This document shows positions 52,498 to 64,000 of a stretch of 64,000 bases of DNA, in pieces; the stretch's first letter is position 1, and every line of letters begins with the position of its first letter. The translations under genes were made by a program, and so were the position numbers. Location: NCBI RefSeq assembly GCF_006345805.1, contig NC_043003.1, positions 68,014,001 through 68,078,000 on the forward strand, written 5' to 3'. The notes beneath the pieces were generated by a model. It was not told the origin of the DNA. It was given only the letters and a program-made list of their open reading frames with translations, and did not search any database. Source of the DNA: Octopus sinensis (lineage: Eukaryota).

Positions 52498-54230
52498 TTG
52501 TCTGCCACTGATGTGGAAACTGATGACAGGCATCATATCGAACAGCATCTATAAGTACCTAGATGATAAGCAGCTTGTACCAGTGGAACAAAAAGGGGTG
52601 AAAACGTAAGAGCAGAAGAACGGAGTATCAATTACTAATCGATAAGTCTATCTGGTCTGATTGCAAGAAGAGACACAAACATTTGGCGGTGGCATGGGTG
52701 TACTACAGGAAAGCATGACATGGTCCCACACTCGTGGATTATTGAATGCCTTAAACTACTTAACGTCTCACACACTATCCTGAAGTTCATACAGAATTGA
52801 ATGACATCGTGACGAACTGAACTCACAGCATGGGGAGATAAGCTGGGAGAGGTAAATATCAAATGAGGAATCTTTAAAGGGGACAGTGTGTCCCTTCTCC
52901 TATTTTTTTTATCTACATACAGCCACTAAAACAACGTATGGTTTATGGATGACCTAAAGCTATTTGCTTAGACTGAGAAAGAAATTCAGAGTTTGACGGC
53001 AATTGTGCAGATGACTAGCAAGGATATTGGCATGGAATTTGGGATCGAGAAATATGGTATAATGATTCTCAAAAGGGGGACAATCACTAAAAACCATGAT
53101 ATCAAGCTGAAAAGTGGTGAAGCTATAAAGGAAGTCGGAGAGATAGGATATACGTATGAATGAGCACAGGATGAAAGAAATGTACAGGAAAGAGTATTTA
53201 AGGAGATGCGGCTTGTGCTCCAATCGAAGCTAAATGACCGCTATAAGATTAGAGCAATTATCATCTGGGCTGTTGCTTTGATGATATAAGGGGCAGGAAC
53301 AGTATCTTGGAAGAAGCATGAATTACAAGAAACATCCTGTAGAAGACGTAAATTAATGACAATGAGCAAGGAACTACGCCGCGAGAGTGATGTGTCAAGA
53401 TTGTATGTAAAGAGGAAAGAAGAAGGATGGGGATTGGTGTGTTGTGAAGGTTGTGTAAGAGAAGAGAGGAATAGCTAGGCTTGATATGTCAAGGGAAGTA
53501 AAGAAGAAATAATTGAATCAGTGAAAATTTAGGGAACTTTAAAAGTGAAAGAAGTCGTAAACCAAACACAATGTAAGAAAGACTAGTGGCAGTAGATGAA
53601 GAAAAAATGGGAAGACAAGAAGATGCACAGTCAGTTCTTGAAGAATAAGGATGTGATTGATTGGTCTAGAAGGTGGCAATGGCTGCACAAAAGAGATTTA
53701 AAGGGGCTGACTGAGAAATTAGTGTGCAGCGCTCAAGAACAAACTCTCAGAACAAACTACTACAAATATCACATTGATAAAAGTATTGACTCACCAGAGT
53801 GTAGAATGTCTTCTGAGAAGGGAGAATGTATAAGCCGTTTTGTTAGTGAGTGCTGTAAGCTCGCACATCGTATATATAAAGGGTGACACGACAATGTGGC
53901 CAGATATGACCACTGGTTGTTGTGCGGTAAAACAAACCTCGAGAGAGCCGAACAATACCCTGGAATTTTAACATGCAGTGTGACAAAGTCATAGAAGAGA
54001 GACGACCATATATCGTGTTCATCCATAAAGAGGCAAAAGAAGTAAAGATAATAGATATTGCAATACCGTGCGATCCGAGGGTGAAATGTGGGGCATGTGG
54101 AAGTAATGGTGATATCGCTGGTAACTGGTGCATTAGTAGCAGTTTTCGAGGGCTATAAAAAGTTTTAAGAATATTAGAGCTGCTGTCAGGCTCAGGGTGA
54201 TCAAGAAAACATCATTGTTGTGTACATTCT
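52498..54230 (+). mobile_element. R4/Dong-clade (restriction-like endonuclease) LINE relic, RT to C-terminus
   Basis: CLPLMWKLMTGIIS, PVEQKG, LLIDK, VPHSWIIECL, GIFKGDSVSPL, FMDDLKLFA, DVSRLYVKRKEEGWGL, AQEQTLRTNYYKYHIDK..DSPECRM and KEVKIIDIAIP. Many stops and frameshifts. Confidence 0.9.
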
Positions 54231-54422
54231 AAGGAGAGTATTGTCTCTTTGAGTCACAGAAGGCACCACTAGAAACCTTTGTTGATTTGTTGTTGCCTGC
54301 TTTAAAGTAAAGTATAACCGGTAATTAAGAACTACTCGAGTGTCTTTCTGAATAGATGATAATAATAAGGACAAAAATGAAATACAAATAGAGCACGTCA
54401 GATAGATCGAAAAGTAAACTTT

Positions 54423-55190
54423 GCATTGCCAATTCTGGAGGGCCACTAAAGACGTAAGTAGAAGAAATTCTAGGGCTTGATTAAAAAAAGGCAATTAACC
54501 AAAAGAAAATCAGAAAGCCTAATTGAAGCAGCCCAAGATCAAGCGATGAAAAGTAACAACTTAAAGAATATGTATGGAGAGAATCTGTCAGAAAGATGTA
54601 GAGTCTGTGGAACTGGGAGTGAGACAGTGGCATACATTTTTGGAAAATGTTCAAAATTGGCACAGGAAGAATATAAGAAATAGAAGTACGACCAGGTTGT
54701 AAAAGTTTTACACTGGAAAGTCTGCCAGAAGTGGGGATTTGAAGCTGGAAAGACATGATACAATCATGGAGTCAAAAGACTCCTGGAGTTGGAGAAATGC
54801 AAGATTTTTTGAGACCTTCCAATTCAAAAGGAGAAGAAATTAGAATTCAATAGAGCAGTTATTGCAACCATAAATAAAGAAAAGTGAAGTTGCTTACTTA
54901 TCGATTCAACACGCCTGTTTGATTCCTGGAGTGTACAGAAAGAGGAAGTAAAACAAAAAGAATACAATCCCATAAAATTTGAAATAGGATGAATATGGAG
55001 CATGCGAACAGTAAAGGTCATGCCTATAATAATTGATGCGTTGGGAATAGTAACTAAAGATATAGACTAATGATTGAAGGAGATTAAAATAGAATACCCG
55101 GTAGAACTCCTACAGAACGTTTGTCTCTTAGGAACGAAAAGGATTATCAGGAGAGCCCTAAGCACTTGAAAGGCTGATGAAAACTTGCAG
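54423..55190 (+). mobile_element. Second R4/Dong-clade LINE, 3' fragment
   Basis: ESLIEAAQDQA, CRVCGTGSETVAYIFGKCSKLAQEEYK, LHWKVCQKWG, KVMPIIIDALG and LLQNVCLLGT.RIIRRAL. Confidence 0.88.
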
Positions 55191-55519
55191 ATGCATAAAA
55201 TCAGAGGTATTAACCCGCTATCCATATAATCCCTACCAGAATAAAACCGAACCTGAGACAAACTAAAAAAAAAATAATAATAATTGGGGATAGCAAGTAA
55301 ATGTCTCATTAAGAGAAGAGGAAGCAGACTGAAATCGAAATAACATGATTAGAAAAAAGGATGTATTGGCAATTTTATATGGATACAGAAGCCGAAATCG
55401 ATTTGGAGAATAGATGGCTATGTATGCGGAAAAGTGATCGCGTACCTGGAACATAAGCTTTAATTTGTCCAGCACAAGCGCAAATATAAGGCTAGTAATT
55501 CAGGTGCAATAAAAGAGCC

Positions 55520-55897
<378 letters not shown>

Positions 55898-56881
55898 ATA
55901 TGTTCCTTATACGTAAGCGGGAACCTCCATATTATTATCCAACATGTTATGTTTCCGCAACATTTCTTAATAAAGTTTCCATCGCACCGCGATCAACGTC
56001 GATAAATCGAGGTGTGAATTATGTCTGGACAGGTCAGTATAATCGACCCCAAAATGAGACTTACTCCTTATTTCAAAAGTGTGCCATTGTGATATTGCAT
56101 TAAACTTAAGTAAATTAAACATGCAAATTATCCAGAAAGAGAAGGAAGATAGCAGGCTTTAATGGAATAACCTAATCTTAAGAGCAGATTTCAGATTCTA
56201 ATTTTTAGGCATACTGGATCTCGACTTCATGCATGAAGAAATAAAGTACAATATAAAGATAATATGCTTGAAGATATTGAAGCCTGTATTATAATCCAAA
56301 ATTAGTTTAACGTATCTGAAATATTCCAAAGTCTCATCGGCGTTTACCGCTGTAAGTTATAGCGCTGGGGTTGTGAAAATACAAGAAGAATGAAATAAAG
56401 ATGTTTGATAGAAAATAAAAAGGGAAGAAAAACCGTAGCAATGCGCAGAACGTTTCATAAAAGAGGTAATATTCAATTGTTTATACACGGCTGAGATATT
56501 TGATGGAGAGGAATTACGAGCAATTTTGAAAGTGTAGATGAAGAACGAGGGTCAGTAAACCCCCACTTTGCAAAGAGGAGAGAAAATTTATGATATATGT
56601 TGCGATATAAATCTCTTTTATTTATGTCAAAGTTAAAGAGAAACAGCCGTATAATAGCAGAATTATTTCTGAAAGGAAACTGAAGCTACTTGGAAAGAGC
56701 CATAGGGGCACACAGCGTACGATAAACTTCCTGATAAATTTGACCATGCAAAGGTTACTCTTCAATCTGTTTAACATGTTCCCTTTGAATCTCAATCTTG
56801 TCTTTTTTTTTTACTATTCCACACTTTATCAACTGTACCTTATTCACTGCCTTTAATAATTTCTCTATATTGTTCTGTAAA

Positions 56882-57487
56882 AAAGCGGCGAGCTGGCAGA
56901 AACGTTAGCACGACGGGCGAAATGCGTAGATGTATTTCGTCTGCCGTTACGTTCTGAGTTCAAGTTCCGCCGAGGTCGACTTTGTCTTTCATCCTTTATG
57001 GGTCGATAAATTAAGTACCAGTCACGCTCTGGGGCCGATATAATCGGCTTAATCCGTTTGTCTATCCTTGTTTGCCTACTCTGTGTTTAGCCCCTTGTGG
57101 GTAGTAAAAAAATAGGTATTTCGTCTGCCGCTAAGTTCTGAGTTCAAATTCCGCCGAGGTCGACTTTGCCTTTTATCCTTTCAGGGTCGATTAAATCAGT
57201 ACCACTTACGCTCTGAGGTCGATAGAATCGACTTAATACGTTTGTCTGCCCTTGTTTGTCCCTTCTGTGTGTAACCCCTTGTGGGCTACACACAGAAATA
57301 TGAAAGGATAGCATGTCGAGCGAAATACTTAGTGGTATTTACGTTCTGAGTTCAAATTCAGCCGAGGTCGAATGTGCTTTTCATTCTTTCGAGGTCGTTA
57401 AATTAAGTACCAGTTGCATACTGAGGTTGCTCTAATAGACTGGCCCACTCGCCCAAAATTTCGAGCCTTGTGCCTAGATTAGAAAAG
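56882..57487 (+). mobile_element. SINE family A, three-unit copy
   Basis: TSD TATATTGTTCTGTAAA (56866-56881) / TATATTGTACTGTAAA (57488-57503), 15/16. GTATTTCGTCTGCCG at 56932 and 57116 gives a 184-bp period. Confidence 0.92.
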
Positions 57488-57539
57488 TATATTGTACTGT
57501 AAATATCTTAGTAGGCTTCTTCTTTCCATTTGTTCCATT

Positions 57540-57715
57540 CAACAGCCTTTAAAAATCTTCCAACCTGGTCTCTCTTCAGGTACAAACGGTTAATATCAGA
57601 TTTCGGACGCTTGGCACCATACATTGTCAACAGTTTTCTAAATTTTCTGTCAAGTTTCCGTTAGTCAGTTTTGGTCAAGTCTAAAATTCCCACTCCATAT
57701 TTGATTACTGATACT
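57540..57715 (-). mobile_element. R4/Dong-clade LINE fragment
   Basis: Minus strand reads VIKYGVGILDLTKTD*RKLDRKFRKLLTMYGAKRPKSDINRLYLKR. Confidence 0.8.
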
Positions 57716-57734
57716 ATTCTCAATTTTATCCTTT

Positions 57735-57945
57735 TCTACTCTAGGCACTAGGCCAGAAATTTTTGGGGAGGAGACCAGTCGATTAGATTGTCTCCAGTAT
57801 GGAACTGGTACTTAATTCATCGAACCTTCTCTAAAGAATGAAAGGCAAAGTGTAACTCGATGGAATTCGAACTCAGAACGTAAAGACGGGCAAGATACCG
57901 CAAAGCATTTCCCCGGCGTGCTAACGTGTCTGCTAGCTCAACGCC
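57735..57945 (-). mobile_element. SINE family A, single-unit copy
   Basis: GTCGATTAGATT...GAATTCGAACTCAGAACGTAAAGACG...GGCGTGCTAACG. Confidence 0.82.
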
Positions 57946-58429
57946 TTTACTTTCACATTTATTGCTTCGTTAACAATTTTAGAATTGAACAACACAGTGC
58001 AGCATTCTGTGTTCCAACACAGCATTCACTTTTAAGTGGAGATAAATATTAATATTTGGTATTAACACTTCATCTGTCGCTAATCGTGATATTTGTAATA
58101 AACCCAATGGCTATTCACGACACCAATGCCTGATTAGACACTGTGATTCTATGTATATTGCTAGCGGGGATGTCACTGCTTCCTCCAGCGTCCGAGTGAC
58201 TATAGGTCAGAGAAGGACGAAATCACATGAGCATGTAGTCTCGGCGGTGGCGATGGCGGTGATTTTTTTCCTACTAATGATATGCACCGAAAACGAATAT
58301 GACAGTTTCTCTCATGATATCTATCGCATTATTCTGTTTTCTAACACAAAATGCACTTTTAAATAGTGGGGGGAAATATTACCCAATGACAATAATATTA
58401 ATAATTTCTACTAAATACACAATAATGAA

Positions 58430-58565
58430 ATTTTGAGAGGAGGAGACTAGTCGATTATATCGACACCAGTATTACAATGGGATTTAATTTAGCGACCCCG
58501 AAAGGATGATAGACAATGACAACCTCAGCGGAATTTGAACTCAGAATGTAAAGACGGAATTCCGC
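58430..58565 (-). mobile_element. SINE family A fragment
   Basis: GTCGATTATATCGAC...CCCCGAAAGGATG...GGAATTTGAACTCAGAA. Confidence 0.78.
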
Positions 58566-58619
58566 TAATGATGTTGAAAAAGCCGTTACCCATTAATAGT
58601 TAGATTCTTCTGGCTTAGA

Positions 58620-59432
58620 ATCAGAAACAGAAGGGTTTATCATAGCAGCCCAAGATCAACGCCTACCTACAAGATATTAGGGCAATATATTATAGAAATA
58701 CAGTAACCAAACATGTCGCGCATGTCAACAACAAAATGAAACCATTAATCATGTTTTCTCCATGTGCAATCTTGTTGCGCCTACAGAGTATCGCAACGGG
58801 CATTATAGAACAGCACAATATATTCACTGGGTAATTTGCAAAAAACTGAACCTGCCCCATAATAAAAACTGGTGGGAACACAAACCACCTCCAGTGCTTG
58901 AAAATGATCACATCTCACTCCTCTGGAACTTCATTCAAACTGACAGAAAGATAGATGCGAATAGGCTTCAGACAAAAAACATGCCTCATTATTGTTATGA
59001 CTGTCACAATCAACATAAACGTATCTGTCAAGACCGACCAAAAACTGAGCAAGTATAAAGATCTTGAAATAGAAATTGGCAAAATATGGATCGTCAAAAC
59101 TAAAACAATACCTGTTGTCCTAGGAATGATAACAAAAGGGGCTGATTCCTACCTAGATCAGATGCCAGGAAACCCCAAAATGGCAGAAATTCAAAAGATA
59201 GTGCTCATGGGAATTGCCCACATCCTACGTAAAATACTGTCTATGTAATCTCAAATTTTAAAGCAAACTCATTTTCTTATGTTTTCTTAAACACTCTAGA
59301 ACAATACTATGTGCAAAACCAAATATATGACAACCTAGGCGTAACACCAGCGTGAACTTCTAACTTGTTATCCTTGAGATCTCTGCGTGAGACTTGGAGC
59401 CAACTTGTACAAATACAAAGCAAAAGCCAAAC

Positions 59433-59491
<59 letters not shown>

Positions 59492-59500
59492 TTAATAATA
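58620..59500 (+). mobile_element. R4/Dong-clade LINE 3' fragment with (AAT)n tail
   Basis: GFIIAAQDQ, CRACQQQNETINHVFSMC, YIHWVICKK, WWEHKPPPVLEND, KLSKYKDLEIEI and IQKIVLMGIAHILRKIL, followed by a 3' UTR and (AAT)n at about 59435-59495. Confidence 0.9.
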
Positions 59501-59697
59501 AGTACTGCCCACATTCTTAGAAAAAACCCTTTCAATTTAAATCTGTATTGAATTACATGAAGATATTTCGCTAGTGCCGTTGCCACTTCGTTCTTTCAAG
59601 ATTTCAGTCATACGGCAACATCACTTATCCTTCACTAGCCCCAGAGCGCTGGGTGTGTCTCGGCGAATGATTACAACAAACATGCTGATTAAAAGTA

Positions 59698-59744
<47 letters not shown>

Positions 59745-61109
59745 GTAAATGGAAACTAATACTAATATTTCTGCGGAAATAGAAAGGATTATAGAGAGAT
59801 GAGCGAATATTGATAGGTAGTTCCATGCTTCTCTGCCAAAATAGCGTAAATGCTACAGCTCAGACAAGTAATAAAAGAAATTAAATATATTAAACGTAAA
59901 TTGGACGATGGCGAATAATCCTTTTCATGACGATTTACCACAATTCCGTGCTACTTAACTGAACAATAAAATACTACTTCTGGTTCCATGAGAACTAACC
60001 ATGTGTTATCGAGAGGTTTGAATCGAAACGGAATAACAATGATATTGAAATTGCAGCTGTTCATCTTACGTGTTGTGGTGAATCAAACACTTTCTATGTT
60101 GGTTTATTACGTAAGGAGAATTATAACTAACATCTTGTGAAAAGAGATTATGTTCAAGACAGCCCTCAAATATAAGTTTATAATTTATTAAGAGCTAATA
60201 ATCAATATATTACACTTGGTTTTAGCGTATTCTTTAATATAATACTAATAGCTGTTATAGAAAGGAGCTACTACTATTTATTATCTCCAATATATTGTTA
60301 TTAGTTTACGCTTATATATTCAGACGTTCGGATTAAAATATTGCAATAAATGAAGTTACGGGATATTTGTGTATTTTCTGAAGCCAATAGACACTTTTTT
60401 TCTGAACCTTTTTTTTATATTCTTATTTCCATTGCGTGCACTTATTCATTTTCCCACATTTGCTGCCTGGAGAATATTCCAAAAGTTTCTAAAATCTACT
60501 CGTGTGAGTGTATTTAGTGAGGGAACTAGTCCATTATTTAGAAAGGAATTATAAGGAATTTTGCTGGATAAACTGATTTACAGATGGAAACTCACTTATG
60601 ACATGTCGGTTTATTGTAGGAAAAAAAACAATTTAATTATTATAATTTAGTTTACATAAATACAGAAAACAATATAAATTTGGGAAGATTATCTGTAATA
60701 GGCAAACCAAATATTCATATTGTTGCAATACTGGAACTAGGTATCAGAACTGAGGAACTACTCCATGTGAAACAAGTGATAGGCATTTGGCAAGTCGATT
60801 CCATTTACATTGTGCCAAAAATATTTTCTTTAATAACATTAAACATATGAAATAATAAGGGACACATTTTGTAGGTGGCTCAGTACATAGGATACATTAT
60901 ATTATACAATTATCATCAATTTGCTCAAAACAAATTTCGGAAATGAAGAAATTTTAGTAAGATATAAAATCCTCACAAGAACTTGCAGGTGTTGGTTAAG
61001 TCTATGTTTGTCAAGAAATATTTCAGGCTGGAATTATGAAGAATACTCTATCAAAAGAAAAAAAAAAAGAAAGAAAATTCGAGAACATTCGACTTTAAGA
61101 AACACTAGC

Positions 61110-61775
61110 CCATATAGGGTGGCTTTTAAGATGACTCATGTGGAGGGCTCTTCATTGGGCCTTGAGCCCAATAATGACACCATGCATTGATAACATTAAA
61201 TTTTATTAAACTTGACCAATATTTTTCAAGCAATGAACAATTTTCTTCAAGACATTGATATAATTTGTCGACTTGGAACTTATTGCGAAGCTTCATAATA
61301 AACAACATTTTTTGTCTTCCCATTCGCAGCGGTGATCAGTACAATTTTTTCTACCTAACCTCTTTATTTCTCTCTTTCTCTTTTTGTTGATTATTTTCAA
61401 CCATCACCATCACCAGTACAAACACCATCGCTAACACGACTGCCATACACAAGCCATTCAGAATTCCGATGCCACCAATATCAACACCTTTGACTTCGCC
61501 GCCTTCTCCCCCACCACCATTACCACTGTCTTTCACACCCCTTACTATCACCGTCATGCTTGATCGCCTAAGCTACAACCACCACCATCATCACCGTCGC
61601 CTCTGCCTCTATCACAACTACAGCTCATGCTATTACTATCACCCCATTACAACCTCAACTATCAATCTACTACCTCACCGTCTCAATGCATAATATTACT
61701 CTCACCCCAGCAAGAAGAGTAGAAGTGTCATTGAATAGTGAGCGAGGGGGTTAACTTTTGGCATTTATTTTTATA
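61110..61775. repeat. Unclassified dispersed repeat, copy 2 (paralog of 33025-33850)
   Basis: Shares the colinear blocks listed for copy 1. Confidence 0.85.
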
Positions 61776-61817
61776 GATAAATACACTTTTATTTCTGGTG
61801 AATTTAAAACAATACAT

Positions 61818-61860
61818 GAACGTGACAGTAGGGGGGGTACCACCCCCTACTGTCACGTTC
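61818..61860. repeat. Perfect GC-rich inverted repeat, 18-bp arms, 7-nt loop
   Basis: GAACGTGACAGTAGGGGG-GGTACCA-CCCCCTACTGTCACGTTC. Confidence 0.95.
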
Positions 61861-62564
61861 TTGTTAGATTGACAGTAGACAACCAGTCTATCGCCCCACT
61901 ACCGTACATATCTCTACGAGAGATTTAGAAATTTAATATTTCTTATTAAAACAATACGTTGGGATGAAAACTATCTTTAGGCATTCACAAAATACGTCTT
62001 TGGCTTATAATATCTAGTACAAATATATGATGACAGAGACAGCGAGTGACGTTGTGGGAAGAAAAATCATTGAGAAATCTGTAAAATAAATCACGAACGA
62101 TATGTTGGGGGAGCATAAAAACATGAGAACGTTTTAGCAGAATTTCAACACGATGTAATGTAGACAAATTACAGGTACTCCGGCAAGAAAAGTAATTGTC
62201 ATGTAGCAGAGAAAAACAAAGTGGCTATGGGAACGATTTTAAGAGATTAATGGCAGGAATTCTAGCAACAAATTAAAGAAGTATCTTAATTAGGAATGGA
62301 TTTAATCACCGAAAATAAACCGGGCGCAAACATTTCAAATGCGGAAATAGAAAAGATTAGGACGAAAAATTAATAAAAAGGTTTTTAGATTCTCTGCTGT
62401 ACACAACCGCCAGAATTTTGGAGATCCAACTTGGATGTACGTAAAGGAATTTCAAATGATGATGATTACCAAATGTTACCGGACGCTACAACTGCAGTGA
62501 TATAACTGAGACACGGAAGTGAGTAAAGCCTATTGAGGGTGAATCTCAAGGCCCAGGTAGGTCT

Positions 62565-63160
62565 TGATATTTCCAGGCTGTGACATAGAACGCCTCTACG
62601 CGAAATGAAAACAAGGGAACAGAGTCTTAACATCAATCCGAACTGCCTTTCAATGTCGTATCTTGCTCCTTAGGCAACATCTTTTAACCACTAAGTGTCG
62701 GAGTGCATCCTCTGACCAAGTCACGAGGCAGATGATATCATGAGACTTGGAAAGCAGCCCCTTGACCAGCATCCCTTGTCTGATAATCTCGAATACATGT
62801 TCCAAGAAGTCGCACCACGCTACAGTAACATATCATCAGATGAAAGGATGGTCGTAAAGAACATACATGGATGTGTAAAATAGTAGAAATCAGTTGCCCA
62901 GCAGATGTTAACGTACAGTTAAAGATCAGTGAAAAAGAAAATACCTACTTTCAACTATTGAGAAATCTACCGTTACTCTACTTATATTACAACTTCAGTT
63001 TTTTACCTGTAATTATTGGGACATTGAGATATGTAGCACACTGCCTAAGAACTAGTCTTGAGAAATTGGGTTTCTCAAAGCCAAAAAGGACAAAAATGAT
63101 TCGACGACCACAGATCCAAGCCTCCACTGAGCAGTGAACATTTGTAAAACATTCCAGTTT
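62565..63160 (+). mobile_element. R4/Dong-clade LINE 3' relic with internal deletions
   Basis: FPGCDIERLYAK*KQG...LTSIRTAF and CKIVEISCPADVNVQLKISEKENTYFQLLRNL...PVIIGTL.YV..CL...LEKLGF. Confidence 0.8.
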
Positions 63161-63457
63161 ATCATTTAAATATAGATGCACATGTCTAGACACGCAGCTA
63201 TATGCATGAAAATACATGCATAAAACAAAACATACAAATCTGCGCATGCACCGAATACTGCACATGCACATACATGCACACATACATACATACAAAAAAA
63301 AACACACGGTAGATGTTCAAATTCCAATGAAGCGACCTTGGATCGAGTTTAGAGACCGGCTCTCTCTGTATTGGCAAGAAATCTTGAGATAAAACTGAAT
63401 AATAACACAGACACAAACACACGCATACACACACACATACACAAAGACACACACACA

Positions 63458-63502
<45 letters not shown>

Positions 63503-64000
63503 GAATGGGATATGTGTGCGTCCTATATTACGTACAATTATATGTAGACACTCACACAAACGCTATATGATATCAAATAATTGTATGCCAGATCCATTTT
63601 CTCCATCAAATAGATTGTAATGTCAATCAACAGAAATTGTGTATATTTCTATGATTAGGTCTATGCTACAGTCCAATATCGATATTTTAGCTAATTCAAA
63701 GATCACATATAATCAGATATTCACTTACTGTTTTCATTTAAGGCTTTGATCTACATTGTCAATCAACATGAAAACATGAAGAAAGTTGTATTATAGCCAT
63801 ACCAGAAATTGGCTGGGAACTTTATGTAGAACTGTGTGAAAGATAAATACGACATAAGCTAATTGATATGGAAGGCCCATCTTGTTATGAATTTATAGTT
63901 GGCAATTTTTACTCATACCTATTAGATGCTAAAATGGCAAACAGCTCAAATTTAACAAAAGATGAATTATCGGATGTAGAAAGAGAGACACATGCATATG

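Noticed and set aside
58188-58240. GTCC...GGAC-GAAA, resembling hammerhead helix II
   Set aside because: There is no CUGANGA upstream.

Overview
AT-rich, microsatellite-dense eukaryotic DNA with no recognisable host-gene exon, so probably intergenic or deep intronic. The SINE families and the (TA)n/(CA)n density suggest an octopod cephalopod; this is inference. Almost everything interpretable is transposon-derived: a decayed L1/Tx1 LINE (1-2.7 kb), a near full-length RTE/BovB-like LINE (6.0-9.4 kb), CR1 scraps, two Penelope-like fragments (Naiad-like and Neptune-like), three mariner relics, one Tc1 relic, five R4/Dong-type LINE fragments (52-63 kb), an 8-bp-TSD MITE in two copies with telomeric hexamers inside, a foldback element, and three tRNA-derived SINE families (named A, B and C here). 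Most ORFs in the supplied track are microsatellite read-throughs. I found no novel protein-coding system. The most interesting signals are: (1) several Penelope-type minimal hammerhead ribozyme motifs, one with an intact core and one in the tail of a tRNA-headed SINE-like element; (2) a SINE that appears to retropose with a variable number of internal ~184-bp units, each copy bounded by a TSD; (3) several perfect or long hairpins; (4) frameshift patterns that look like long-read assembly errors, so the RTE may be intact. Coordinates were read by eye, and element edges without TSDs are approximate.
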